Origin: the human T2T-CHM13v2.0 reference genome, Homo sapiens
Length of the DNA stretch: 64,000 bases
Assembly: GCF_009914755.1 (NCBI RefSeq)
Contig: NC_060925.1
Direction: 5' to 3' (one strand)
Shown piece by piece: positions 42,850 to 61,780 of this stretch. Numbering within the stretch: the stretch's first letter is position 1; the number at the start of each line of letters is the position of its first letter. A program made the position numbers and the translations under genes. The notes below the pieces were generated by a model, which saw only the letters and a list, made by a program, of their open reading frames with translations, was not told where the DNA came from and searched no databases.

Positions 42850-44295
42850 AAAGGGGAAGGTTTAGTTTTTTTATGTAATTTTCTCATTTTTAAAACAGGA
42901 GAATGGATTGATAAATGTATTTTAAACAGCTTTCATGAACAATAAGTCCTACGAAATTAAAAGGCAAACAACAGACTTCCATTTCCACCACTACAGCAAA
43001 CCAGATAACCTGGAAAACCTCTAATACTATAAAACAGCTAAAAATACTGAATAAAATGTAACAATCACTTAAAATGTATAGTTGATCACATAGAAAGTAA
43101 GTGACATTCCAGCTAAAACCAGAGGAAAAGAAAACTAAATGAAAAATAATAGTAAGTTTAAACTACCACTGAGCTGTCCTTCTTAGGGTCTTGCCGATCT
43201 CCAGAACCAAGGAGTTTGGGTTCTAACAATCATGCAGGTATAAGAGGCAAGAGTTTGGGCTCAATAGAGGTGGTAAGTTGAAAATGAGACTCCAGTCCCC
43301 AATCTAAAGCAAGGATTATTGAAGAACTACAGCTCCAGGATAACTAGTGAAAAAAGTCACCTCCCTGATATAGGGAGATAAGAGGACCCGGGCTCTATTA
43401 GGGGTTAAAGGAGGATTATCCCTAGAGAATTTATAATCTTAGACCTGCTCTCACTTGAATTCAGAGTTCAAATTTATACCATCTGAGTGGTCTAGAACCT
43501 ATCTGTCCTGAGAAACTAACATAAAATGGCCATCAGCCTAGTAATATCCCTGGGAAACCTAGCTGAGCAAACAAAAGTACTCTGGAGGGAGCCACTCTCT
43601 ACAGAGGTCACACAGGATTCCCACAGATTAAAGTCCAGCTGAACCTGAGCTTATAACTAAAAATTACAAAACACATAAAGATCCATCTTTTACTTGACTG
43701 GGCAGAGCAAGTCAAGTAAAAAAGAACCAAAGTTACTAAGATTATTGGCTAGAGACCATACAATAAGTACATTCCAATGTTTAAAGTCATAAAAGAAGGA
43801 ATGAAAAAAAAAAAAACAGGAGAAAGGAACAAGGTGCTATCAACAAAGATCAGAAGATCTGAAAGTTAACCAAATACAACAGCTAGAAACAGAGAAGAGA
43901 AATGGCATATTAGAGGCAAAGGAAGATATTAATAGTGGTCAAGAGAGATACGTAATTACAAAGAGCAGCACAGAGTTAAAAAGATGGAAAAGGTAAAAGA
44001 GAGGTTAACAGATGGGGAAATAATTAAAAAGGTCCAAAACAAGGAAGTTTTAACAGGCAGCCCAAAAGGATAGAATACAGAATAGGGAACAGGCAATATT
44101 TGAAGAGCTAGCAGGTAAGAATTTTCAAGAGTTGATTAAAGATATGGACCTCACATTCAGGAAGCAATGTCCCAACAGGAGAAAACTAAATCTGCACCTA
44201 GGATTTAGGATCGGAAGAATCCTAAATCCTCGTAAGGATACGGAAGAATGTATCACAAACAGAAAATCTTTAAAAAGAAAAAAGAAAAAAAGACC
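42850..44295 (+). mobile_element. Old L1 5'/ORF1-region remnant
   Basis: Strongly A-rich strand with L1-like motifs (aatatttgaagag...gaattttc...attcaggaagc). Confidence 0.55.
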
Positions 44296-44296
44296 A

Positions 44297-44945
<649 letters not shown>

Positions 44946-44999
44946 AAACAATCTATAATAACAACTGAACCACTTCTCAGCAGAAACTTTTAAGTAGGT

Positions 45000-46400
45000 G
45001 GCAAGTAGAATGGACTACAGGGGATAAGGTTGGGAGCAGGAAGACCAAATAGGAGGCTATTGCAGTAATCCAGGCAAAACATAGTTATGGCCTAGACCAG
45101 GATGGTGGCAGTACATGCGTTCCAAGAGCACGTGACCAAGACAGTTGAGAAATGGTCAGAATTCTGGCCGTATGAAGGCACGACCAAAAGATCTGCTCTT
45201 AGACTACATGTGAAGCATGAGGCAAAGAAAGGAATTAAGAAGCCGAGTGCAATGACTCATATCTATAATCCCAGCACTTTGAGAAGCTGAGGTGGAGTTC
45301 AACACCAGCCTGGGCACAACACAGTAAGATCCCGTCTCTATAAAAAAAGGTAAAATAAAATAAAATTAGAAGGTACAGTGGCATACACCTGTAGTCCCAG
45401 CTACTTGGTAGGCTGAGGCAAGAAGACAGCTTGAGCCCAGGAGTTTAAGGTTCCAGTGAGCTATGACTGTGCCACTGTACTCCAGCCAGGGTGACAGAGC
45501 AAGACCCTATCTCTAAATAAATAAGCAGATAGACAGATAGATAGATAGGAATTAAGGTAGACTCTAAGGTGGCTGGGCTGAATTTGTAGAGGGACAGCAT
45601 TACCATCAATTCAAATGGAGATGACCGCAGATGGAGCAGTCTGAGAAGGAAGATGAGGAGTCTCATTTGGGACATGTGTATGAGATGTATATTAGATGTA
45701 TAAGGGCCCACTTGAAATTCCTGGTAATGATTTAAAGTGAAACCAATCCACAAAGTTCTTTTTCTCCAGTCTTGTTCAGCTGGCTGAACAGACAAAAGAA
45801 TAGAGAAACCAGAATTGGACTGAACCAGATCGAAGCACTGCAGAACAAAGCAAAAGAAGGACAGGAGAGCAGAGGATGTGTGTGAGGGACTTTAAATTCA
45901 CTCAGTACAGAAGGAGGTGAAGAATAGTGAAAATATAATAGAAACTAATGAAGTGAAGGTCCCAAGGGGACTTGAAGGCTTGTTGGAGTAAGGGTACCAG
46001 GTACCAGAGGAAACTAAGCCTGAAATATAGAAGAAAGAAATCAGAGAGGGACTTCAAGGAATTGAAATCATGGAGGGACTGTAGTTATTGATAATGTCAA
46101 AAACGAAGGTATAATCATAGGAATCCTGTGGGGGAGTAGGGAGAAGTAGAGAACAAGATCATTAGAAGAGAGAAATAATTGAGAGGTAAAGGTGTTGCAA
46201 GGGTCACCAGCATGTAAGCGCCATAAATTAACAGGAATAATGCTGGAAAGAGTGACGTTAAGACAGAATCTGAAGTTGTTGAGAAGTTAGGGGCAGTGAC
46301 TCAGGGCGTCGACAGACAGCAGCAACGATAGAGTATTAGGTGATGTCGTCCAATAAGATCACATTTAAAAATCAAGGACAAGAGTGAAGAAACAGTCTGA
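45000..46400 (-). mobile_element. LINE-2 remnants with an inserted + strand AluJ (45241-45520) whose tail has a GATA-like repeat
   Basis: ggaggctattgcagtaatccagg L2 motif; Alu arms. Confidence 0.6.
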
Positions 46401-47479
46401 GACATAAGAGAAAAACAGCCACCACTGGAGAGGGAAGAAATGACTCCAACAATGATCCTATGAGAAAGCTCAGGGCAAAAGAAAAACAACTGAAATTGGG
46501 CCTGGAGGAGACGCCAAATGCCAATTCTCTCCAAGCCTGATTCTTCTAATGGCTGCACTATAAGCCTAGAACCACCAGATGGAGCCCAAGCTCAGCTCCT
46601 CAAAAACACCAACGCTTGAAGGTGTTGAAAAAACCAAGCCTTCCGCTTCCATTCAGATTCTGCCCACCCCGAATACTGCTCCCTGTCCATCACTCTGCTT
46701 CTCTGGGTACATCTTTCTCTGTCCTCTCATCTTTGCCTCTTTTGGTCCCCCTTCTCCTTTCCCCAGCCTACCTGCTTCCTCATTCTCAAAAACGGAGAGG
46801 GAAAAAACCTCCTATAGTTTATGTTTTTAAAAAGAAAGCTTTTCCCTTTTAAAAACTCTTGCATTTGGCCTTCTGCCCAGTGGTACAATTAAAATCTTGT
46901 CAATGTATACACAGGGTTGGTTTGGGAGGACTTAATTAAGTTTAGACCACACACCAATTTTAAATGAGTGTATGATACAAAGGGTCTGTGTTGCCATCGT
47001 AGTCATTGGAAGACAAATGATATATGATTCATCTATAAAGTGCTTTAAAACAGCATATCCTCATAAATATGCTTAAACCATTAAATTGTGTATTTTAAAG
47101 AGATAAACTTCATGATACATAAAGCATATCTCAATAAAGCTGTTAAAGAAAACCCCAGCTTATCCTCAAACTGTAGCATTCTCTCAGCACATCTTATTTG
47201 TACTAGCTTATACTATAGTTTTCACAATCTCTTTTTCAAAAGAAGGAAACGTTAAACCTTAGTATAGCCCCATCTATAAATTATCATAATTCTGAATTCA
47301 GAGAGTCTGGGAATTATACCACCGTTTTATTTATTTGGCTTTTAGTGCCAATTTTATATGTTTTATCAAGACTCTGGATGATATGAATCAACTAGTACAG
47401 GCAATGAAAAAGCTAAACCCAGTAAATATGTAGCAAATACTTACTGGAAACATACAGAGAAAGCAGGTATTACACACCA

Positions 47480-47900
47480 CTGCTTAAAACTCTCTAAAGG
47501 TCCTGGCTACTATTAGGATAAAGTCCAAATTCCCCATGATGGCACCCAAAGCCCTTCATGATGTGGCCCCGCCAGCCTCTTCATCTACATCCTCGCCCTC
47601 CCTCTTCCCTCTGGTCCCTCACTAGTTTGATTCCTTCTCATTTCTTCAGATCCCACTTTAGACAATACATCCTTCTGGAAAATTCTGGAGTGCCTTCTTC
47701 AAACCCCAGGCCAGATCTGGGCCTCTCTTTTTTGCTTTCACAGTCTGCTACATATTTCCCATCACAGAACCTATCACACTCTATTGCAGCTTTATTTACT
47801 CAATTCTTCTCTCCAACTTGTGTCACCACTATATTCTCAGTACCCAGCAGGGAGCCTAGCACACAGGGAATGCTGAAAATTCGATGAATTTGACTGATGA
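47480..47900 (+). mobile_element. LINE-2 3' end
   Basis: gcttaaaactctc...aaagtccaaa...gcctagcaca...gatgaat. Confidence 0.6.
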
Positions 47901-50129
47901 GTGAGCCTCCTAATTATCAAATAGCTTGTCGGCCCTTTGGCAATGACCATTAACAGAAAATAATAAGAATGTCCATGACCTAATCATGGATTACAAAGGA
48001 GAAAACAGATGGCAAGAGTGAACAGACAGCACAGAATCTCAGGCCCTGTGGTAATGCTCTGAATGATCTCATCCCTAGCCCTGTGCCACTTGCACAATGT
48101 CTCAACCACAATTCTCTCCCCCTGACCTGCTGGGAAGCCCTTTCTTGCAGGTCTATGCCACACAAACAGGACATAGACATCAAAAAACCACAACACTCAC
48201 AGGATGTTCAGCTCTAGTTATCGGACCAAATGTTGGAGAAGTAGTAGAAAACATTTCTGGATCTTCCTCCACTCCTCAGAATGAGATTTCAGAGCCAGAA
48301 GGTAGCTAAAGATCATTTAGTCAACTGGTTTTCAAACTAGACTCAGCAAATCCCCTTGGGGTCATTTAGGGGAAAGACAACAGGGGAGATATTTTGAGCA
48401 GGCTGAACTCCAGGCTCCTTTCACTTACTCAACCAAAGCAACTGATTTTTAGCTTCTTACAATATTGGGCTTCTCCTATATGACTTTATTAAAGAATTCT
48501 ACATAGCTTTTATTTAAAATAAAATCACTTACTTCATTCAAACCCCTTATTTTAGAAACAAGGAAACGGACTCAGAAGTAAATACTGTGCTTTTTCCAGC
48601 AGTTTAGCAAAAGTCAAGGACTTCAGTCTCCTGACTCTATGTTCAGGATTCTTCCCATTATGCAAAATCACCTCCTTATAAACTCTTAAGCATTTTTACA
48701 AAATGAGGAGTTCTAAGCACTACTCTATAAACAAACTAACAATGACAAAAGAGTATAAAGGAACAAATAAGTACAACCACAAATAGGGCAGTACTATACT
48801 ACAGGCAATACTAAGTACCTTATATACATGATTTCTGCAGGTATCAGGAATCTCAGATCATTTACTTTACATGTTCCTACGTTACTCCACGGAGGTTTTC
48901 CCTCAATGTCCACACAAAAACAATATGGTAATCCCTGGACATGTAAAATGCTTAGCAGAATACCTTGCACATAAGTCACAACAAACAGTAAGCTACTACT
49001 ATTATTCTATTCAGCTTTCACAATAACCTTATGGGGCAAGGACTCTCAAATTTTCCCAAAGTACGCAGCTAGCAAGGACAGTCAGAGTGAATCTAGGTCC
49101 AATTCCAAAGTTTATATTCTTTTAAGAATACCATATTGTTTGGCCAAGTCACTGATTTTCTCTATGCTTTAGTTCCTCTGAAAAAATAAAAGAATATCAA
49201 CTACCTTACAGCAACACTATGCAATAAAGTTAGCAAAAGCACTTTGAAAAGTCCTATGCATACCTAAAGTAAGTTTCATCAGGGAAAATCCTCCTAAAAA
49301 TAGTGATTCACTAAGATCATCCCTTCTCCCCAGAGTAAACAAGGAACTAGACTGAAAATGGGGTTAGGAGGTCACTTATCTCTGACCTTTTGGCCCTAAG
49401 TAGCCAGGATAAGAAATGCTTTGCTACCTCCTGGATCATCCAAAAGCAAAGTAGACACCTCTCTTTCTACTGCCTCCCTTACTCTGTGTTAAGTATGTTT
49501 ATCCAGGCAAAATTCATTTATTTAGCAGACATTTATAGAACACCTATGATGCACCCAGCATTTTGCCAAGATAAGTAGAAAATCTTACCCTTGCCTTTAA
49601 GGAATCATACAGATATAACCAATCATAAAACTATGATAAAGAAGCCTTCCCTGACCATCTTACATAAGATAGCACCCACCCTTTTGCATCCTGTCTTCTA
49701 TCCTGCTTTTTTTTTTCCTTAGCATATTGTATCATCATACATATAACCGGAAGCTCAGAAGAAGTGATTAAATGTGCCTAAGGGTGGGGTCTGGGAAGGA
49801 AACTGTTTATATTAAACCTTGGGAAACCATAAGAAGGTTTTTACAAAGGGAAGGACAGTCTCACTTTTCATGCCACCCCTACATTAGTACCTGGCTCAGT
49901 TCTAATTCACGCTAGCAACATACAGTGCCAACTGTCTCTCATTCAGGGCTCTTTCTATCAAAGTTCCTGAACCCAGTTCCAAGTGGCCCCATCCAGCATT
50001 TTGGAGGGTGGCTCTTCTTCCTGTCCTGGCAGATCAGGAAGGTCTGAAATAGAACATAATCAGGCCTGCCCTGCCCCTTCTCCCAACACAGCTGCCATGA
50101 TTCACTTCCTGTTCCCAATAGTCATTTAA

Positions 50130-50540
50130 AGAGGGGTCGGCAAACTTTTTTTTAAAAAGTTTGATAGTATACACATAAGTATGCAAACTTAGTTTGAGAG
50201 TAAATATTTTAGGCTTTATAGGATCTAAGGTTTCTATTCCAGCTACTGAACTCTGACAATGTAGTGATGAAGCAACCACATATATACTGTACAGAAGTGA
50301 ATGAACATAACTATGTTTCAATTAAACTTGATTTAAAAAAACAGGCAGTGGGCAGGGCATGGTAGCTCATGCCTGTAATCCCAGCACTTTGGTAAGATGA
50401 GGGGGGAGGATTGCTTGAGGCCAGGAGTTCAAGGCCAGTCTTGGCAATACTGCAAGACCCTGTCTCTACTTAAATAAACCATTAAAAATTTAAAAAGCAA
50501 AAGACAGTGGGCCTGTCTGCCAGAATTTGCCAATCTCTGA
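50130..50540. mobile_element. MER58-type hAT element split by an Alu monomer (~50352-50490)
   Basis: ggggtcggcaaact...tttgccaatctctg termini. Confidence 0.7.
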
Positions 50541-50569
50541 TCTAAAGGATAATAGGAGCTTTTATTTTA

Positions 50570-50917
50570 TTTTATATTTCATTTCATTTCATTTTTCATT
50601 TCATTTCATTTGATTTCATTTCTTTTTTTATTGAGACAGGGTCTACCAGGCTGTCATGCAGTGGAGCAATCACAGCTCACTGCAGCTTCTACCTTCTAGC
50701 CTCAAGCAATCCTCCCACCTTAAGTCTCCCAAGCAGCTGGGACTCAGACACATGCCACCATGCCTGGCTAATTTTTCTCATTTTTTTTTTTTGTAGAGAA
50801 GGGGTCTCTATGCTGACCAGGCTGGTCCCAAACTCCTGGACTCAAGCCATCCTCCCACTTCGCCCTTCGAGCCTTCTAAAGTACTGGGATTACAGACGCG
50901 AGCCACCGCCCCTGGCC
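50570..50917 (-). mobile_element. AluJ with a (CATTT)n-expanded tail
   Basis: Alu arms; pentamer repeat 50575-50622. Confidence 0.85.
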
Positions 50918-51482
50918 AAGAGCTATTTTCAAGCAGCTTCCTCCTGACCACTTGTAGTTACCTGTTTTAAAATCTTAGGCTGTCTAAGCCTCACCATCAA
51001 CTCTTGCACATTTCTATCTAATTACAGGGCTTACATTATTTTTCCCAGAATCACAAATTCATGTATTTTGGATACGCAAACTCAAGAGTGAGGGACCCAG
51101 CTAGCATACAGAGATTCTTCATGTTGGAAAGGATTTAGAGATCATCTAGTCCAACCTCCCACTCAATGCGGACGTTATCTAGCAAGTAGTTACTCAGCTT
51201 CCGTTCAAACACTTCTAATGACAAGAATGACAGTCACTTCCTCCCAAGACAACTCACTCCATCTTTGGACAGCTCTAAGGTAAGATACCCTACTTATTTT
51301 TCTTCTTGGCACATTTAACCACCTGATTACTTGTAAATTTATTTACATTGATTCTTCTTACCAGAAAGTAGGATGCATGAGGTCAGAAGTGTAGTTTTTT
51401 GTGTTTGTAATTTTTTTATTGCTGTATTCCCCGCCCCTTGAACAGTGCCTAGTACATAAAGAGTATAATATAGTTGTTTATT

Positions 51483-51610
51483 GGGAAGGAGGGAGGGAGG
51501 AAGAGAGGGAGAGAGGGAGGGAGGGAGGGAGGGAGGGAGAGAGGGAGGGAGGGGGGGAAGGAGGGAGGGAGGGGGGGAAGGAGGGAGGGAGGGGGGAAGG
51601 AGGGAGGGAG
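51483..51610 (+). repeat. Pure-purine (GGGA)n-like tract, 128 bp
   Basis: Read directly. Confidence 0.95.
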
Positions 51611-51839
51611 TGAACAAGCTAACAAAACAATGCTGTATTCGGGGAATTTAATTCAGCATGGCTGACACCAGAGACACAAGGGGAAGAGCAATTAACTGGT
51701 AAGGTCTCTGTGGTAGGTTTGAGGCCCCTGAAATGTCACAGTAAGTTCAGAGGCTGAGGGTGTACTGTTTGAGGAACATTCCCTTATCTCCTTTCCTTCC
51801 AAGCCCCCACAACCCACAGCCATTCCGATGGTAAACATC

Positions 51840-52151
51840 TTTTTTTCTTTTTCTTTTTTTTTTTTTGAGACGGAATCTCGTTCCATCGTCCAGGTTGGAG
51901 TGAAGAGGCACGATCTCAGCTCACTGCAACCTTCGTTTGCTGGGTTCAAGGGATTCTCGAGAACTGCCTCAGCCTCCCGAGTAGCTGGGATTACAGGTGT
52001 GCGCCACCACGCCCAGCTAATTTTTCTATTTTTAGTAGAGACAGGTTTCACTATGTTGCCAACACTGGTCTTGAACTCCTGACCTCAAGTGATCCACAAG
52101 CCTCGGCCTCCCAAAGTGCTGGGATTACAGGTGTGAGCCACCACGCCTGGC
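51840..52151 (-). mobile_element. AluS with TSD atggtaaacatctttt
   Basis: Both arms and flanking duplication. Confidence 0.92.
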
Positions 52152-53992
52152 CCAATGGTAAACATCTTTTAATGCATCTGTTCTCTGAGGCCTTTTCAAA
52201 CCATCCTTCCCCGCAAGAGAAATGCACCATCCTAAATTCTGTAGATGCTTCTATCACTATATCCATGATACTTAAAATATCTGTCATCCTCTGCTGGGCT
52301 CTGAGAGCAGGGACTGTGTTATCTTCATTTTTCAGTCCTGGGCACTGAATACAGTGACAGGGGCAAGGTAGGAACCTTATAAATGTTTTGTAAATAAATT
52401 AATGTAATAGTTTTATTGTATTCTGTACTGGCCAAATTTACATAAAGGGGACTATTTTCAGATCTAGGCACTACATTCTAGGAAAGATGCTTAGCCTTTA
52501 TGCCAGAGGCTGAAATGCAGGTGCCAAAGAGATCAGGCCAATGATTTAAATGAGTTAAAGGGCCTAGAAGGACTATGGCTAAGAGGGGCTATGCCCTACT
52601 TTTATATATAATCTCTTAAATGTAGCCAATGAATTCAGATTTCAAAAAAGAGGAAATAAAAAGAATACCACTGTATAGTCCCTCCAAAACATACATGCCT
52701 GCAAGTGGATATGGGAAGCAAATTTGCAACCTGTATTGGACAAAGGGATTAAGTAAGAGAGTAACACAATCAGAACTGCAGTTTTTGAAAGGCCATTCTA
52801 GCAGGATAAACTAGGGTGCTATTGTAATAGTCAAGGCAAGAGATGGGATAAGGGCCTGAACCAGGACAGTAGCAATGGGGTAAAAGGGTGGGATGGATGA
52901 AAGATGACCTGGTCTGCCCAGTTCTAATAATGAAGTCCAAGATTGCATGAACTAATCTGATAGCCACAGTACCAATTTGTAGGTTCATACTGGCTTTGTT
53001 TCCAAATAAACTGTTAAATCTCATTTTTAATAATTGAAATATGGGGCTTAATTCTTTTGCAGGCAACGTGATACAATGATTAAAGTTTACGAACTCTGAA
53101 GCCAGGCAGCCTAAGTTCAAACCCTGACTTTATTAGCTACTAGCTGTGTGACCTTGGATAAGTCATTTGAATTCTCTATGCTTCAATACCTATAAGGTTA
53201 TGGTATGTGTAAATAAGTTAATGCAAGAATTGCTTAGACTAGTACCTGGTCTATAGTAAGTGTCATGTAAGTTTCAGCTTAAATTATTATTTATTATTTT
53301 TGGATTTCAACTTCTTAGTTTCAATCCCTTGACTAAATATTCTCTACACTGTCTAGCCTGCAAACATTCGCTATTTAAGTCTCATAGGCATGTCTTTTCT
53401 ATATCTTCATCCAAATTGATGTTCAAAAACAAAATATAACCAAAATCATTAAAAACACCTCCTATAGATTAACACTGATCTATTACAATTCCTGAGTGCA
53501 ACTATTCAAGAAGCTCCAAAGCCAGGTAAAATTTTTTTTTTTGTCTTGGGATCACATGAGAAAACATTAAATACCTAATGTTAGCACTTAAGACACATTA
53601 CCTTTGTAGCACATTCCAATCCTCCAGCGACCTAGGAATCTTTCCAAAAATGAAATGCTCTGATATATATATCAAACTGCTATATGGTAATTATCTCTGG
53701 ATAATGTGCTTTTTTTCTGTTTTTGCTTATGTCTATTCTCTAATATTTTTATACTGAACTTGTACCGATCGTTTAAATAAAATCATGGCAAGGCTTAAAG
53801 AAAAAAAAGAATTGTTATCAGCTAGCATGATTTATTCTTAGTGAACACAAGCTGGCTTCTAGGGATCACTGTTCTCATTCTTTGATCAATCAATTTTAGA
53901 ATTTTACCAGAGATCACTGTCAAGTTTCCAATGACATCCTCAAACCCCTGTGACCCAGACGTTAACTCCAAATAAATCAAACACCTCTCAAA

Positions 53993-56290
<2,298 letters not shown>

Positions 56291-56692
56291 TAATGCAGGT
56301 TTGAAACCTAGTTCTACTACTTGTGTGAACTTGGAAGAGTTATTTAACCTCTTTAAGCTTGTTTCCTTGTGGTGATGACAACAGTACTTACCTCACAGGG
56401 TTGGTAGGGCGATAACATGTCCAACAGGACTGCGCCCGACATAGAGTAAATATTCAATAAATGGTAGCTACTTCTTAAGGGTGGCCTAATTCTTACGGTT
56501 GCTAACTTCATGCAAGGATTTTTCACCCTCATCAGGTTGGTTGGTTAAGTACTCAGCATAGTATTTGGTTCATAATAGGCCATCACAAATACTGACTTTC
56601 CTCCCCACTTCCAGTAGTGGCAAAATTATAGTGGCTTCAGAAACCACCCAATTCTATTGGTACACCCAGGTTTCACTGTACAACATACTTAC

Positions 56693-56798
56693 CATGTAGG
56701 TAATTCAAGCTTTCCGTCAATACTTCCGGCGGCTCTCCCTATGCTTGCTGTTTTGGAAACAGTCACTCACTCTCTTTCAAAGGCAGTTGTCTCTTGAC
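56693..56798 (-). other. LUZP1: LUZP1 5'UTR exon (106 nt)
   Basis: ttctgtttatattctatccag|GTC...ACATG|gtaagt; consensus splice sites in non-repetitive sequence upstream of the coding exon. Confidence 0.8.
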
Positions 56799-57154
56799 CT
56801 GGATAGAATATAAACAGAATGGAAGAGATAGGTAATGCATGAATCACACCAAGACTGAGGTGACCCAGAGGGCTGTCCCAAAGACTTTCACATACAATTC
56901 ACTGTCAGCAAGGGGCCAAGGTAAGATCTGCATCTAGATCCTGACACTAAAGGAACCTGGCTAAGCTGGCTATGTCTCTCTCAGGAAAGTCAAGAAAGAA
57001 TTTGGCTGTAGGAGACTTCCCCTTTCCTATAAGATGATATGGTCCTAGGGTAGAACCCACTGTCTTTGCTTAAATTAAAACACCCGAACATTCCTCAACA
57101 GTCTAAAAATGTACATGACATCTTACAGCTAGGAAGCATCTCAGAAATCAGCTA

Positions 57155-57510
57155 CAGGTTGAGCATCCCTGATCTGAAAATCCCAAATTCAAAATGCTCC
57201 AAAATCTGAAATGTTTTGAGTGCCCACATGACTCCACAAGTGGAAAATTCCATACCTGATCTCATCTGATAGGTCGCAGTCAAAATACAGGCACACAATA
57301 CTCAGGTTTATTCAATGTCCCCTGGGGAAAAATAAAATTACCTTCAGGCTATATGTATAAGGTGTATAGGAAACATAAACGAATTTCATGTTTAGACTTG
57401 GGTCTTATCCCAAGACATGTCACTGTATACATGCAAATATTTTTTTTAAAAATCTGAAATCTAAAACACTTCTGGTCCCAGGGATTTCGGATAAGGGGAT
57501 ACTCAACCTT
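57155..57510 (+). mobile_element. Tigger4-type (TcMar) non-autonomous DNA transposon
   Basis: TIRs caggttgagcatccc / gggatactcaacct, preceded by TA. Confidence 0.85.
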
Positions 57511-58249
57511 CAGTTAAATGTCCTTGTTTTACAGAAGGAAACTAAAACTTAGAAAGGGTGAGTCACACAATTATTTAGCAGAAAAGCAAGGATTCTACTA
57601 AAAATAAGATGTTCTAGAAGATAGGAAAAAAACATCTGCGGAGTATTTACCAACCCTGAGCACTATGCTTTATGTTTTATATAAGACAATAAGAAGATAA
57701 TGTTACCTCTACTTTACAGATAAAGAATTTAAGTTTCAAGAAGTGACTTGTCCAAGGTCTTACAGCTTGTTATTAAATGACAGAGTTTAAACTCAAGTCT
57801 GTCTGACTTTGAAAGTCCCTTCACCATGCTGGCTCTCATTTTGTTGCCCTCTAGACTCGGTCCTCAAAAGAGCCCTGAACCACCCAATATCAATTAAAAC
57901 TAAAAATAGAGCTTTTCTTTCTGCAAACTTACCCTCCAGTTTTGAAACAAGCAGGCTTCTACAGGAGAGTTGAAAAGCCTACCATCCCATTGAATCTTAC
58001 CCCTAAAATTAGAGAAGAGCTACTACAGATGGAAGATCTGGGTCAAACTTCTTGTGTTATCTTACTCTTGAGGAAAATGGAAAGGTAGCTTCTAAGCTAG
58101 TGGTAAACCTAAAGCTTTTGTACATGATCTTACAAACTATCCTCCCTTCTTTCATCACAACTGCCTCCCTTACACATCCCTGCAAGCCACCTTGTGACTG
58201 CCTTCCAAGACTATTGGTCCCTTTAATCCAACTTCCACACCTCCACCAA

Positions 58250-58299
58250 AACATGCACACATGCACACATACCTGCACCTGCGCGCATGCATGAACGCG

Positions 58300-58338
<39 letters not shown>
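58250..58338 (+). repeat. Alternating purine-pyrimidine tract ending in (CA)n
   Basis: Read directly. Confidence 0.9.
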
Positions 58339-58340
<2 letters not shown>

Positions 58341-58477
58341 ATCCCTGCCTCTATCTTCCCAGAGAGCAAGGCGGCTAGAATTACAATGGACAAATAATGA
58401 GAGTTTTTTAAAAACAGCTTAAAAGATGAGGGGAACAGTAGTAACTCAAGCCTCAAGAGAATAAAATTTGAAAAGAA

Positions 58478-59245
<768 letters not shown>

Positions 59246-60199
59246 AAAAACGATCTATACCAAGGCGGCACCCAAGAGATAGCTTAGGTGGATGTGGGGG
59301 AAGCTTTAGCTCTCCACCCTCTGCTTTTAAAAAATAATCAATGGAAGTTAAAGTAAGTGTGATTGGTATTCAAATAGTTTTAGGACAGTTCCACAGACTT
59401 TCCGTCCTACCCCATCACCACCTGTCTCTTTCCCCCTCCCCACCCACCTTACACACACAACACCCACACACAAACACCGCCCCCCCACACACACACTCAT
59501 CTTCTTCTGCATAGCCTAAAACCTCTCCTACATAAAAATTCTGAACTCTAAGAAATGGTCACATAAATCTGGTCTATCTCCCCTAAGGTCTCTGCAGCCC
59601 TAACAGTGATAGCAGCGCCCCTGCTAAAATCTACTGTCCCAGCACCTACCACCTACTGCCAAATTTGCTGACATGTTACTAAGGCCCAGGGGCTTTTCTC
59701 TTCAAAACAAGACAGAATGCACTGCCAAAGGGAAAGAGGAACTCCAGCTAATCCTGATTTGTTTTCAACTGTCTACGTTCTCTCATATTTCTAAGGGGTA
59801 GAAGTAAGCAGTAACTGATTTCTTTCTTCTGAATGCCATTTACTTCTTGCTTCCTCAGCGTACTTGCCCTCTGTCCCCAAAACAAGAGGATGACTGTAAA
59901 CATCCTCAAATTCCTTAGTGATGCTGCTTCAGAGAGCTTTCCACCATGACAGATCCATCCTCATCACTTCCCTCAAGCATCTCTTCTGGCACTTATTGTT
60001 TCTGTTACTGTTGGTGGTGATAGTGGTGGTAGTATGTGTGTACGTGTCTGTCTGCCTAGAAGCAGAGACTGAAGGATCCTTACAGATCACAGAGTCCAAC
60101 CACCTCCTTTCCCAGAGGAGCAAGTGGGTCCCAGAGAGGAAAGGAGACTTGCCCAAGCTTACAAAACAAGCTCAAGTGAACATTTTTGTCCCCCAAACA

Positions 60200-61780
<1,581 letters not shown>

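Noticed and set aside
51339-51665. Pro-rich and Gly/Glu/Arg-rich ORFs
   Set aside because: Produced by the GGGA repeat.
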